This document shows, in pieces, positions 37,701-51,200 of a DNA stretch of 64,000 bases. The stretch comes from Diadema antillarum. Lineage: Eukaryota. Both the position numbers and the translations under genes were made by a program. The stretch spans positions 992,001 through 1,056,000 of the forward strand of contig NW_027272134.1 in the NCBI RefSeq assembly GCF_040938485.1. The letters are read 5' to 3'. Position 1 is the stretch's first letter; each line of letters opens with the position of its first letter. The notes below the pieces were generated by a model. It made no database searches, was not told where the DNA came from, and saw only the letters and a list, made by a program, of their open reading frames with translations.

Positions 37701-40441
37701 CTAAGACATTATTTTCTCACAGACACTTTATCCGTATCTAAACACAAACCTATGAACTGTTAGGAATATTTCTGTAAGCATTCAATTACGGGTTGACACA
37801 CACAACACTATTAATACACCGTAGCTTTTGGAGTCGATATGCCAGGAGGTATTTTTGGCTGCACAATTTTGTCTTTACACTTTTTAACAGTCTTCTTTAA
37901 GTACAAATTGCTTGTGCATCTCCCTTTATTTCTCAAATTGAATGAATTTAATAGATACCTGCTCTTTTAAAAATTGGGACATTGTATTCAACCCCCCCCC
38001 CCCCCAAAAAAAAAGGAACAACTGAACACTCTGTGAGAAAACTGAAGAGCACCAACCTTGACTGATCTTGAGAAACTCTATCAGTGTGTTGATGGCAGCC
38101 ACAGCTGGCGAGATATCTTGGTTGGTTGACATGTACTCTGTGAAGTACCTGACTGCATCTACAGAATGAATGATTATAGATAAAAAAACAGACACAACAG
38201 TGGTAAAGAGATACATTAATTTGCCTACAGGTTCCATACAGGCAAAAAGAAAAACAGAATGCAATGTCATCATGTAAGCTGTGTCTCTTTTCCATATGAG
38301 AACAACTGGCTTCTGCTTGGAGGTTCTATAAAGCAAGTACCGGGTAGGTTCGAATGGCATCATGGAACAGGTTCTGTTCAGAATCCCCCCGATATAGGCA
38401 GAAGTATGGTTATCATCAGATAATCACTAAGCTAAAAATTAATTGAAGTACACACAGAATTTACAGTGAAATCTCAAGAAGAGCATTATCAAACTGCATA
38501 TATGCTTGCAATAGAATGGGGAGTTATTTTCTTTTGTTTTAACATTTTCATTGATGATATATGTACAAGACCCAAGGGGTACGGACCACTGGCCCGTGTA
38601 AAACAAGGAAATCCAGTGAGCGGCAAAATTTGGACAAAGTGGCAACGATGCATATGAGGGCACAAGTCTTGATATAGATGACATGAATGTAGGTAATAGT
38701 CTAACAGACATCCTCCAAGGAGTCTGAGGACCAATGCTTTGATACATGTACTTCCACTGCCATTTCAACATATACAGTGTATTCATTGCTTCAGATAGAC
38801 AGTTGATGATGATGGTGATGATGATGATTTAAAACATTTATGCAGCACTATGCATCTGTAAAAAAAAAACAACAACAACAAACAAAAAACCCACAAAAAC
38901 ACAATAATAATAATAATAATAATAATAATAACTAGAAAAGCACCTGTAGAGTGCAGACCTCCGCCAAGCAGCTCATTCTTTTATTTCCACCGCATGCTGA
39001 AAATCGCCCCCAAGTCATTTCTCAATAACAAAAGCCTTTTGTTTGCATCATCTGCTTCCAGCTACTGTATATGCCATATATATTTCACAAATTCCCAATG
39101 ATTTCATGAGTGGTTAAATCCGCGATTGTGGAGTCCTGTCCTGAACGGAGAAGTGTACTCATGTATGTCACATTCACATCCGGATCAAAGTAAATATTTT
39201 TGCATGTCTTTAATTTTGCGAATAGCACCTGACACGCGAAATTTGTGAAAATAAAAACCTCACGAAATATTCGGCGTGTACAGTAATGCGGCGCCACCCC
39301 CAAGCAGAGCATGCACTTTGCAGCGCGCATGCAAACCTCAAATATGCGCAGCTTGATCTCCCAAGTTCACTGACCCATCTGCAAGAAGATAAAAAATCCT
39401 TTAAAAATCCATCAAAATTCCTGGATCACAACCAAAATTTTATCATCCCTTCTTTGTGTCATTATCAACTTTTCCTGCAAGTTTCGTTCAAATCTGTCAG
39501 CAACTTTTTGAGTTATTTTGCAAACAGACAAACCAATGCCTATGATCACTTTTTACCTCCTCCTACCTTATCCAATTGGCAGAGCCAGAGGTAATAATGA
39601 TAAGGATGATAATAATATAATGATATTCAAAGGCATCAAGCGCCCACATTAATATGTCACATATTATTCACAAAGTTGCTGAAAAAGATAGGTCTTTAGT
39701 TCAAATTTAATTGTATTTCAATCAAGATGTTGCAAGTGTCCCTGGTGTGGACTGAATACCCCACACCTACGTACTTTTAATGACAACTGGATGAACAGTT
39801 TGCAGGTCTAATTATCAAGAAGTGCATTGCGAAGTCAAACGTTGTATGGATAGACTAAGTCTAGTCCTAGTCTTTCATCACCCACCTGAGCATCTACTGT
39901 AAATTACTCTATATTAATTACAAACAAAAAAGAAGTGCAATTGCATAGATCTACATTTTATGTGCAACGACTGCAAGTCCAACACAGAAGTTCAGAACTT
40001 CGAACATTTAATAATCATAAATTACCTCAACTACGATCATTTTATTAAACCATCACCAATTGATCACACTATGCACAAAGATGTGCACTGATAGCCTTAT
40101 AACATTTCGCTGTTTGTTTGCCAACATCCCAAATTTTGTGCATCTTATTAACAATTTACAACATTTTTTTTTTTTTTTTTTCTCAAAGCTGCAGAGCCAG
40201 CGCCAGGCAAGCCAGGCCTGCTAGCCAGCCAGGCCGAGATGATGCAATCTATGCAAAATGCAGTATGACTGCACAACTTTGCTAACATAATAAGCAGTAT
40301 GTGGGACCGTCAACAGCTATCGGTCTTCCACACAAATTTATCTGTCATTGAGTTTTTACACGTTTTGCCGCAGAATATTGAATTTTAGCGTTATCGACCA
40401 CAAACGTTGATATAAACGTCATACCTACCTTCTTTATTCAT
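31735..40441 (-). CDS. EIF2B1: Translation initiation factor eIF2B subunit alpha; 9 coding exons, 304 aa
   Basis: Exons 40441-40429, 38158-38057, 37249-37110, 36313-36197, 35472-35360, 34741-34673, 34289-34214, 33462-33334 and 31890-31735 sum to 915 nt, all GT-AG and phase-consistent. Motifs: [70 protein letters not shown]. Confidence 0.96.
32353..32546. mobile_element. TA-flanked MITE family A, copy 2 (EIF2B1 intron 8)
   Basis: TA-CAGTGGACTCCCATTATAACG...TATAATGGGAGTGCACTG-TA. Confidence 0.85.
38931..39595 (-). mobile_element. HINE-like family H3, copy 2, containing a nested TA-flanked MITE at 39065-39283
   Basis: Same ends and core as 30991-31468. The extra length corresponds to TA-CTGTA...TACAG-TA with CGCGAAATT motifs. 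Confidence 0.7.
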
Positions 40442-40795
40442 GGCTTGGTGCGAGTGATATCGTTAAATTCACGTAAAACGACAGCACATATGTGTAGAAA
40501 TATGAGCGAGCGCCGACAGCTCCTAGTGGGTTATTGCATATTCATGATGTGTAATCTAATATTCAATAAATATTCAGATTATAGTATTCTGCACTCAACC
40601 ACCAGCAGGAACCAAACGCACAAACCGACAGAAAAACAACGGCAAGAAAATATGAAATCAATTACAAAAGTTATGATTGAATTCAAATATCAACTGGATT
40701 GGGCTGTCAAAGTTGAGATACAATAGCATCAGCTCACAGCATTTGTCACATTTCGACTTACTAATCCTAGAACATTATTGGTCCAAGAGCATTAA

Positions 40796-40964
40796 CTAAT
40801 TAACCAACCAACTAACTAACTAACTAACCAACCAACCAACTGACTGACGAACGAATGAACAAACGAACAATCGAACGATCGAACGAACGAACGAGCGAAC
40901 AAACGAACCAACCAACCAACTAACCAACCAACTAATTTAACCAACTAACTAACTAACCAACTAT

Positions 40965-40996
<32 letters not shown>

Positions 40997-41030
40997 AAAC
41001 AAACTAACTAACTAACCAACTTAACTAAAT
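40796..41030. repeat. Compound (AACT/AACC/AACG)n tetranucleotide tract between EIF2B1 and CDC45
   Basis: Direct reading. Confidence 0.9.
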
Positions 41031-41531
41031 AGCTATTAAAACGCATTGTATTATTGTTGATGTTTGCAATCATTATCACATTTCAATATCTCCTATATTT
41101 GATATACCATTTCTTTCATTTCATTTGATATATATTTTCTATCAAATTACGTTTTCTGTACTTTAGAAACAGCGACAAACGCAAGGTGTTATGTTTTCTT
41201 CCGGTCAGGCTGCCATGGTGAGATATAAGCATATAAAAAAGAATCTGTTCTCTTTGCCACTTTTTTTTTTTCTAGTCTGCTAAAATATATATTAACCAGA
41301 ATAGAAGTTGTATTTGTTTCCCATGGACCGTATATCTAAACTCTCAGTTTTATTCATTCATCCATTCATTCAATTATTTTTTCTCCATTTCCAGCAGAAA
41401 ATATTGAAATTGAATCAATTAAGTAGAATCTTAAGCAAATTGAACATAATTTGCTGGAAAGTGATTATTTTATTTGATATGTTTATCAAATAATCTTGCA
41501 TAAGGGGATCCCACCTCGATAAAGACATACA

Positions 41532-41900
41532 TTAAAGGTACAGTTTACCTTTGGGAGCAGTAATTTAAAAAGAATGTTTGGGTTATCTCATTTGATGTAT
41601 ATGTGTAAGTCAGTTGTATCACAAAACATCCTATCATATAAAAATTTTGCAATAAAACCTAAAATATAGGGAGATATCACTGTTTTTCTCAATAAACCAC
41701 AACTGCGGACTGTTTAGTCTAGAAGCAATTTTATTATAACTATTGTTCATATTTTGCATGTTTAACAATACTTAACATTGATTATCCTGATTAAAATCTT
41801 TAAAATGATTGTTTATATGCCTAACTCACATTTTAGAATTATTTTGAAGCGCTAAAACTGGGTTTTTGTTTCATCTGCAAATGGCAAATAATGCCTTTAA
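41532..41900. mobile_element. TTAA-flanked MITE (Kolobok-like), separate family
   Basis: Ends are TTAAAGGTACAGTTTACC...AATAATGCCTTTAA; the TIR is imperfect. Confidence 0.55.
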
Positions 41901-42159
41901 CAGTGTACATGGTTTTTGGTCTCTAGGCTTTTGAGTTACATCCCAATAATACGTATCACCAATCAGGACCTTTTTATTATTATTCTGATTTGTATTATTA
42001 GAGTTGAGTTTTCTTTTTAAGACCTTCAATGCTTCTTAAATATCAAAAGTCGACCTTCTCTAAAATTTTCCTAACTTGGCTGCCGCCCCCATCATGAATA
42101 TTCATATATGAATATGCATCAATCTTCATCAACTCTCCGAATCACGTCGAGAGTTTGTC

Positions 42160-42167
42160 GCGGGAAA
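42160..42167 (+). promoter_or_regulatory. E2F consensus site upstream of CDC45
   Basis: GCGGGAAA (reverse complement TTTCCCGC) about 70 bp 5' of the CDC45 ATG. CDC45 is an established E2F target in animals. Confidence 0.55.
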
Positions 42168-42236
42168 AACGATCGAACTTCATTCGCACTTTTGTTCAAC
42201 TCGTAGCAGACAATCTTTAGTCTTTGCCCGAAAATA

Positions 42237-45200
42237 ATGTTTGTTACAGACATACGAACGCAGTTCTACGATGTCATTCTGCATCATGTAAGTAGTTTTG
42301 TGGATATTGACATTTATTTGAGGTCAATAGGGCTCATTTGCCCCGGCAATTATCCTAGCACTATTGTACGATTTCGATACCAGAACAGTCCCACATACTG
42401 AAAATAGTGTTTGTTGTTGATTCTGCAGGCAGTTGAGCTGCATACATTGTGGTCAGGGTGGTCAGTGCAGTTACAGTAGGGTAGGGCCTGGCGATTGCAA
42501 TTGTTACTGCATCTGCAGTCACTGATTACCAACACTCCAGATCGTAATCCAACCTATCATATTGTAATGAGTACAACATACCTAACTTTACTAATAATGC
42601 TGTTCTTGCAGGTGCACCTCTTTTTCAATATTTTGAAAAGTGTGTTGCCGAATTGCCGTTGCGTAGAGCTAAGTTACTAAGTAAGTAACGTTAGAGGTAG
42701 AGCGCAGACCTCCGCTCTGCCCAACGTTAGACAGAAAGATCCGTCTGTCTGGAGGAGTCTTTTATATTTTTATGTTATCGCTCTCCTCCGTAGACAGGGG
42801 ATCCGTGAAGCCAGACCCAGTCTCCGCGGAACATTCCCCGACGACCAGATAGAGACCGATCTTTCGCCTCGGTCAAACCTCCGCCATGCGCGTATGCGCC
42901 AAGCCCAAGCAAGCAAGGCCAAGCAGCTCATTTCCGTTAATTATTTATTAGCCTTAGGTCTATACACGCATGGTGAAAATCGCCCAGTTTCCCAATATAC
43001 ACTACAGATATAGAAGCTTTTTGTTTATGTGATGTGATCAGCTTTTCAGCTATGTGGCGCCTCGCCCGAGCGGGCCGAGCAGACTAGAGTGGAGTAGTGC
43101 GTATGCAAACCTCAAATATGCGCAGCTTGGCCTTAAACTCCCAAGTTCAGTGACCCCATCTGCAAAAAGATCAAAAAATCCTTCAAAAATTCCATAAAAA
43201 TTCCCAGATCAATACCAAAATTCGATCATCTGTTCCTTGGGTCCTTATGAACTTTTTCCACAAGTTTTATTCAAATCCATTCACAACTTTTTGGTTATTT
43301 TGCAAACAGACAAACTAATGTCGATGATCACTTAACCCTCCCCTTCCTAATCCTAGGACCTTGGCGGAGGTGATAAACATAACCTACATGTAGCGCTAGG
43401 TTATTTTTATTCACAATCTTTGACTTGAATCTAGCCTACTGAGAGTCTAGTACTTTTGTGTAGTAATGTCGCAATGAATGATACTCTTTCTTAGCTAGCT
43501 AGCTAAGACGGAAAGAGTATTGTTCGTTGAGATGTTACTAGACAGACACTTAGTAGATTCTGAACTATTTCTAGATTAGACCTTCATATTGTTCTACTTC
43601 TAAATATCTAAGTGTGATCAAATCTAACGACCTACGTTAGATTCTAGCACTCTAGACACTACTGTGTCACTCCATCTAAATAACAAATGCAAGCCACCCA
43701 CAAATCAACCACAACGCCAAAATATGACCGCCTGCTACATGTAGAAACTTGTTGCGTACAATCGAACCTTGGCACGGGAGGTCAAACCTTGCGGGTGCTG
43801 ATACTTGAGCAGTGTTAAGAGCTATAAAAAAGAGACTCTGAGAGTCTGAAATTTTAACAGTTTATTCTTCCCTTTTACTTGATCCGTTTATGTATCTAGA
43901 GACAATTAGAGTTTAAACTCTAATGTTAATAAATTATATTTATTCACATGCAGAGAGTTCTGGTGCTTGTGGCCAATGACGTGGATGCCTTGTGTGCTTG
44001 CAAGATTCTCCAGACTCTCTTTCAATGGGATCACATCCAGTACACACTAGTTCCTGTTGCTGGCAAGCATGATGTGGAGAGGGCGTACTTTGAACATTCT
44101 GAGCAGGTATGAATCACAGGTCATCATCACGGTCATCAATCATAGGGATCGTACTATCCTGCATACTTGCTTGCCAGGGTCTAGATAAGCATCACATGTC
44201 TGTATGGGCAAGTCAATTGCATGAACTCATTCCTGTTTATACCATAGATCCTACTCTATAGTAGTATAGTATGCTGTATGGGACTCTTTGGTAAAAGACA
44301 ATTCTGGAAGGTGTGGGATTTCAAGTTTGATTTTGTCTTTGTTTATTGAAGATCTTAAGAATCTGTATGTCTCTGTCTGTTATAATTTGCTGTGTGATTC
44401 TTGGATAGAAAAGATGCAATTCACTTCAGTATAATTAAAAAGACTCTTCCTTACCTGCTTGGGACAAATCCTGAGTACATTATGTAGTTTTGATGGTTAT
44501 GTCACAGATATATCTACAATTATTTCATTTTTTTGTGTCAGGAAGAAGTACAAAAAACAATAAAACAAATTGTCTTGTCAAAAGCCAAACATTCGTTTTC
44601 CATGTCAAACACTCCTTTTAATAATCTGACTTTGAATTGACAATGATTATTCAATAAATCCACTGGTGCTGACCATGTGCAACACCATCTTGTCTTTTTT
44701 TTCCCTTTTTTTTTTCAGGGATTTTCATGTGTGCACAAAATGCTCTATCATATTTTCAGAGGATTACATTAATTTTCGGGTAGATATTACAGAGCAGCCA
44801 ACTGAAATGTTTATAGATTTGGCATGATTTTTCTTTTCTTTAGCCAAAATGATGAAATACGTTTTTAAAGTGATGTTTATATGTTTTTGCTGACATATTA
44901 CTCAATATCTAACTTTTCAAGTTTTGTACCAAAATATGATTATTTGCCCTCTCATATATATATATATATATGTATATTCATATATATATATATTTCTCTT
45001 CTTTTTTTTTTGTCTGTGAATTAGTATGTTTTATTGATCTGTAGAATCTAGCAGTCCAGACACTACAGAAAGTTATGATTTTATATCTAAGCAAGCCATT
45101 GTGTTTGGCAAGCCTTGTGGGTAATTGACGGACTTTGCTACTGATGTCAAAGAAGTATGCTGAGGTTGTGAGGGAATGAAGAACTCCTCAAGATTAACTC

Positions 45201-48200
45201 TTAGACTTGCACACTGACCTTCCATCCCAATCCCACCATCCTGTGAACAGGTGAAGTATGTCATCCTGATCAACTGTGGTGGCAGCATCAACCTCCTGGA
45301 GACGCTGCAGCCAGACGAGAATGTCATCTTCTTCATCTGTGACAACCATCGACCTCTTGACCTCTGGAATGTTTACAATGAAACTCAGGCAAGTGTTGAT
45401 TTGTTGTTGTTGTTTTTTCATTTGTAATCTCTTAGTGCCAACAGTATGAATGCAGTGCCTGATATGATTGTTTAATCATTCTTTTGTCTTGTGTAGATAC
45501 ATTCAGCTACTCAGATTTTGTTTGGATGCCAAGTTGTGGAACATTATACTAAATAATTATACTGAATTGCATCGTGTGTTATAGCTTTCATGCCATGTTA
45601 AATGAATGTAATCAGTGTAGAGACACTGACAAAGTGAGTTGCTTTTGTTAAACCAGAATCCACTCCCAGAGTAATAATCTTTCAGAATTAAACAGCATCC
45701 TGGTCAGGCTATGCTTTTGACTCATGGTCATGGTCAACTTTATTTAGTTATCTATCCTGACAGAATCCTTATTAAAGGGAAGCAGTCCTGAGATTTTCAC
45801 TGTACTGATAATTAAGAAGAGTAAAAAATATAACCTTTCACCAATTTATACGCGTGGACATCAAAAATTGTCTCCGTACGCGATTTAAAAAAAATAATTC
45901 CTGCAAGCGATCGTGTAAGAGCCTGCCAAAAGGTGCAACGTCATTGATGCCCTACTCTCAAGTTGACAGCCGTGCCTCAGAAAACCAATTTAAGTGTTCA
46001 AAATGATCATATCTGATTTTTTCATAAAATGTGACAATATGTGGTTTTATTATTTCAAACAAAATATTTCAAGCTTATTCATATATACAATTAATATAAA
46101 AATAAATAGTAAACATGTATTTATAAATAACTAGGGATGACGAGCAGAACACCGCTGGAAAGAGTTGTGCATCGATGACGTATGACTCTCCGCCAAGACT
46201 TGCTCATTTGCAGAGTCACACTTTTTTAACCGAAATGTACGAGCTTATTTGGTGATTTGAAAGTTTGTTTTTGATGAAAGTAGTTCATTGGAGGTACCAA
46301 CAACAACATATTTTTTTAAATTTCGTGAGGACTGCGTCCCTTTAACATGATAAATGAGTTGCCTAAGAAGTCAATTAGATGTGTTATATGGTTAAGTTTA
46401 AAGTGGAAGAGTGCAGGGTTACCTTGGTGGAGATATCATTTACAATGAGATGGTTTTGCCTCTGTGATGCACCATGAATCTTTTATGAATTGACAAATGG
46501 AATTTGAGCCTGCGCCAATATCATCCCAACTTCATTGAAATCAGGTGTTCTCACTGAACTTGTTTCTTCACAGGTCAAGCTGTTGATGAGTCCCGATGAT
46601 GACTTTGAGATCCCTTCGTATGATGATGTGTTCAGAGATGACGAGGTTTGTTTTGGACACATTATGTTTATATATTTTTGTGGTGTTGATTATTCCAGAC
46701 ATATAACTTGTGTTTTCTTTCCAACTATTTAGATATGATGTTTAAATATAAAATATTTGTGAATTCAATCAGCTGTGCTAATTCAGAGTGAAATTTTCAG
46801 TGTGACTTTCCCCATGCTCTGTTTCTTACTTTTCAGGACAAATGTGCCATCAATAGCATGAGGACATATTTCCAACTAAATGCATGTGACATTGTTATGT
46901 CTTTGGTAAGGGGAAAAGACAAGTCACATGGTTATGATTATGATCAACTCTTGTCATGTAATGTCTTCACATCTACAACACATCTGCTTGAGAAACTCCT
47001 CAAATGCCAGGGACCTGAGATTCCATAAGTGCTAATATAGAGAAATGCATTTACTAATGACAGACTATCCATATTTTTCCATGGAAATCCATGGAAAAGA
47101 AGAGCAAAAAGAAACAACAATAATGACAACAACAAAAACAGACAAAGACTAAAAACTGTTGTGATGAGATGAGAGGTAGATGTATCTTTAAGAGTCAGAT
47201 CTTATCAGAATAAGAATTATTTAATGGAACATGAGGAGTAAAAACTAATGATCAAGCTTGTCACGTTCTTCCCCCATTCGTGCCCTAGTCTGATGAAGAT
47301 TCTGGTGCTGAGAGTGACTCATCAGAGCCAAGTGGAAAAAGGCAACGATACGATGAGGTAAATCAGCAGACAGGGCCATAGATTGCTTGTAATGAATGTA
47401 GTGTACACACTTCAAATCCAATCTAAAGTTTCCAGAGGAAGAAGCTTGTATTTTCTTCTCAGTTTAAAGAAACATATCAGAATTCTTCAAATACCCCCAA
47501 GTCCACTGAACCTTAATTAAAAACATGCATCTTTTATTTTCATTTTTAAATTTCATGGGCACAGACATACTACTGTTTCCAGAGATCCCTCCAATCTCAG
47601 CCATACATTTGCATGTTTTTCTGTACTGTGCAAAATGATACTGCCTCACTATTTCACATTTTTTTCTGATATATCACATGGTCTTGCATTTGCCAAAGTC
47701 AATTTCTTTACAACAAATGTAATCATGTTTCTACTTTCATTGAACTGCCTGTATTCTATTATAACATTTAAAAAGGAAATCACTTGTGCCAGCACTAATA
47801 TTCAACTCTTGCTCCTGAGTGAGATTGGTGTACATGTTTCATGATTTTTATATGACAGGAGGCTCTTGAGAGGAGGCTAGACAGACGTCAAGAGAGAAGA
47901 AATTGGGAAGAGAGGAGGGCCAAGATCCTCTTTGACTATGAGGAATTTTCGTACTTTGGTTCATCTGTGAGTAAGCCTATCCGGTTACATATTCTTCCAT
48001 CATCTACAGTAATCTGTTAAGAAGACGTTGCCCATAGAAAGGAAAATAAATACAGGATGAAACATTTGAATGTTTGTTCATACGGATGGTGCACAAGTCG
48101 GTCCTTCTCACAGCTTATTACGCAGTAAAGGTAAGTAAACAATGGGAGTTTGACAGGGTAGGTGAAAACATTTGCAAAAAGTTTGCTTTTCACTGTTGAT

Positions 48201-51200
48201 TGTTTCTGCATAAATGTGAGCAATGTTCAAGGATATTTTCTGACCTTAGTCATGTAAAAAATTAAATTTCACCCCCCTTAAACTACCAAGCATCAATGTA
48301 GTTGATGAAGGTATTGACTGAAAGTCAATCTCTTCTGCCAGAATTAATCAAGTTCCAGCATAAATACCTGATCCGATTAAGCTATATCCACTTTGTTCTC
48401 TTTGTGCTGAAGGCTGCTGTTGTGATGTACAACCTTGCATGGAAGCGGTCAAAGGACACAAATGACCTATTGTGGTATGCATTTCATTCTTTTCATATTC
48501 TTGACCAGTTGGTAGTTCCATGAATGATTGACTAATTTGGATATGTTGATATTTTTGGAAAGAAAACACCCATCACCACTAGCGACTAAAATAAAAATAC
48601 TGTAATTATTCCAGTTGTACTGCGCTTCGATGTTTAATAGTAGGGCACACTCATGCTCAAACTTGCTCCAGTTTATCATAGATTTGTGAGTGCCCTGTGG
48701 AATTAATTTATATATTTTGCTCAATCAAGATATAGCTCAAACTGTGGGTTATGCGGACACACTAAGATTTCATTGGGCATAAGTGTTCTCCACACCACAG
48801 TTCATAAAGCCTGAGAAGTGAAAATTTGACAAAGAAAATTGCCGGAAAAAGCTCATCTGTACAGAAATCATTTTAAATGCAATCTAGGCAAGTAATTCCT
48901 TTTTATTACTACATGATGCAAAAAAGTGACTGGACTGAATGAAGTCAGAATGTTTGTTTGGATATCTTCAGTTGAGCTTCTATGTTTTGAATTCCAAAGG
49001 TGCCACTTTGTATATGTGTATGCTTCATTCAAAGTGAGATGTTACAGATTCGACTTGAAATTTTTTTTTTTTCTGAAAGTTTATTTTGCATGCTTCGTTC
49101 ATATCATTTCCACTTCAAACTAAGATAATTTATGATATTTTCCCTGCAGAATATGTATTTCAGAGTGCCACTTTTTGTGTGTCTTTTTAAATCATGCGTG
49201 TAAGGTTCGCATGCCTATGCATGGTCCAGGTTCATTGTACATGTACAGTGTATGTTCTCTGATTTTTTACCTTTTGGCTTCTCTTTATCATTCACTGTTG
49301 TACTGTGTTTATTCTCAATGGAACTTTACACCAGTGAATCATATTTGTTCATTTCTTGAAAAATATTTTTAATATCTTTCTTCCAAAGGTGGGCTATTGT
49401 TGGGTTGACAGATCAACTGTTGCACAAGAAGATTGACAGGTATTCTTGTTTATTGCGATTGAAGTGTGCTACTTCTGTGAACTATCATGTCATTACATTG
49501 TGTTTTGGTTTAGTAGGCATGTATGTAAAGCATATGTATGTGTGTAGAGAGGACGAATAATGATCAAAATTCTGAATCTTTGTCGGAAATGAAAAGCGAG
49601 TTGAAGACACATATGTCACATCGTCCATCAATCTCTGTGCTCATTTTGAATGCTCATGATTGATTTGTAAGCCATGTCAAGTGATACTGCAAAAAAAGGA
49701 ATGTTTTAGTGCATTTTGATTTTGCAAGAATCAAGATTCGCGAAATATATATGCATGCGAAAATTTTTGTCTACGCTATATGCATTGAATTTTAGAGGCA
49801 ACTCGTGAAAATTTCATGCCCCAAAAAAGGGCCTTGGCTCCAATTCGCTAAAATTTCATGCAGCAAAAATGTCTTGTTTTACAGTAAGCGAGTCAGTGAT
49901 AACATCCTGCTCTTCTACTGGAATATTCCATGACAATGTTAGGGGAAATGGTCAAGTGTTTATTAGAAGGCTGACTGACTTGTTTTCTCGTCCTTCAGGG
50001 AGAAGTACGTATCTGACGTGACAGAGTTAAATCGCCACGTGGCCCGACACAACCATCGTGGGGAGGATGATGAGAATGTTGTCTCTGTCAACTCAATGAA
50101 AATCTCCTTCATGCCAGAGTATCCTTTGATGAATTCTCACCCTGCATTTGGGTTTTTGCTGTGAAATGTGTGATTTTCACTTTAGCTTGTTTTTGAAAAG
50201 ATTTTATGAGCTACAAATCTTCCTCTAAATGTTTGAATGCAATGAACAGAAGACTGCAGAAATTGACTATGGGCGAGAAATTTAAGTAGATGATATTGAT
50301 AAAGCAAAAGTGCTTGTTTAGATCATTTAATATAGTCGCAGCATCTGTTCCCTGACAACTAGATACTTTTTTTTTTTTTTTGTAAAATGAATTTGCCTGT
50401 TTTTCCATCTAGTTTTGTCTCACTTGGAGGCAATACAAATGAACTTCTTGTATACTTCAAAATTTACCCCCAAAAATTGAAATGTGAGGACTGAATTCTT
50501 TAACAAGACAAGAAGTGTTTCTCTCCACCAAGGTTTGTACTTGGTAGAAAGCTAAATATGAATGTGATCGGATTTTACATATGTATGGGTTATAAATTTA
50601 CACGATGACCAAAGGCCTTCCAGGGAGTGGAGAGAACTTACTGTATGTGCAGATTTGATTTCAGTGACTTGGGTAATGATAACTTATAAAGCTTTGTAAT
50701 CACCACTAGATAATGAAAGGGAAGGCTGCTTAGTGATTACAAAAAACAACAACAACAACCTATCAATATTGTGATCCTTAATAACTTGTGTGTGCCAGTC
50801 TTCAACTTGTGCTCTACAGACACTGGTCAGTGTATGAGAGTCTAAAGCACTCATCCTACACAGCATGCACGTAAGTATGTAAGAATTTTTAATGTCCACA
50901 GAAACAGACTCATGCTACTTTATGTCAGTAACTTTCTGCCTATTAACCCGTTGAGGACTAGTCCCATGAATACACGGGCAGACGTCTATGGGAAATGTGT
51001 GTTGTAGCAAAGTCAGCTCCTCGTCAAGGGGTTAGAGTATCAGCAACATGATGTTGTAGGGGCAGAGTGACATTGATATGAGAATTCAGTCATTTTCCAG
51101 TGAGGACATGGAGTGAAACTGCCATGGCATTCCACTGAAAACATTTGACGCAAAGAACGCAAGATTTCCTATTGATTTCATCACAATCTACCCCCCCCCC

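Noticed and set aside
42350-42535. Cys-rich 61-aa antisense ORF in CDC45 intron 1 (metallothionein- or toxin-like look)
   Set aside because: No canonical Cys spacing, non-ATG start, and no support beyond composition.
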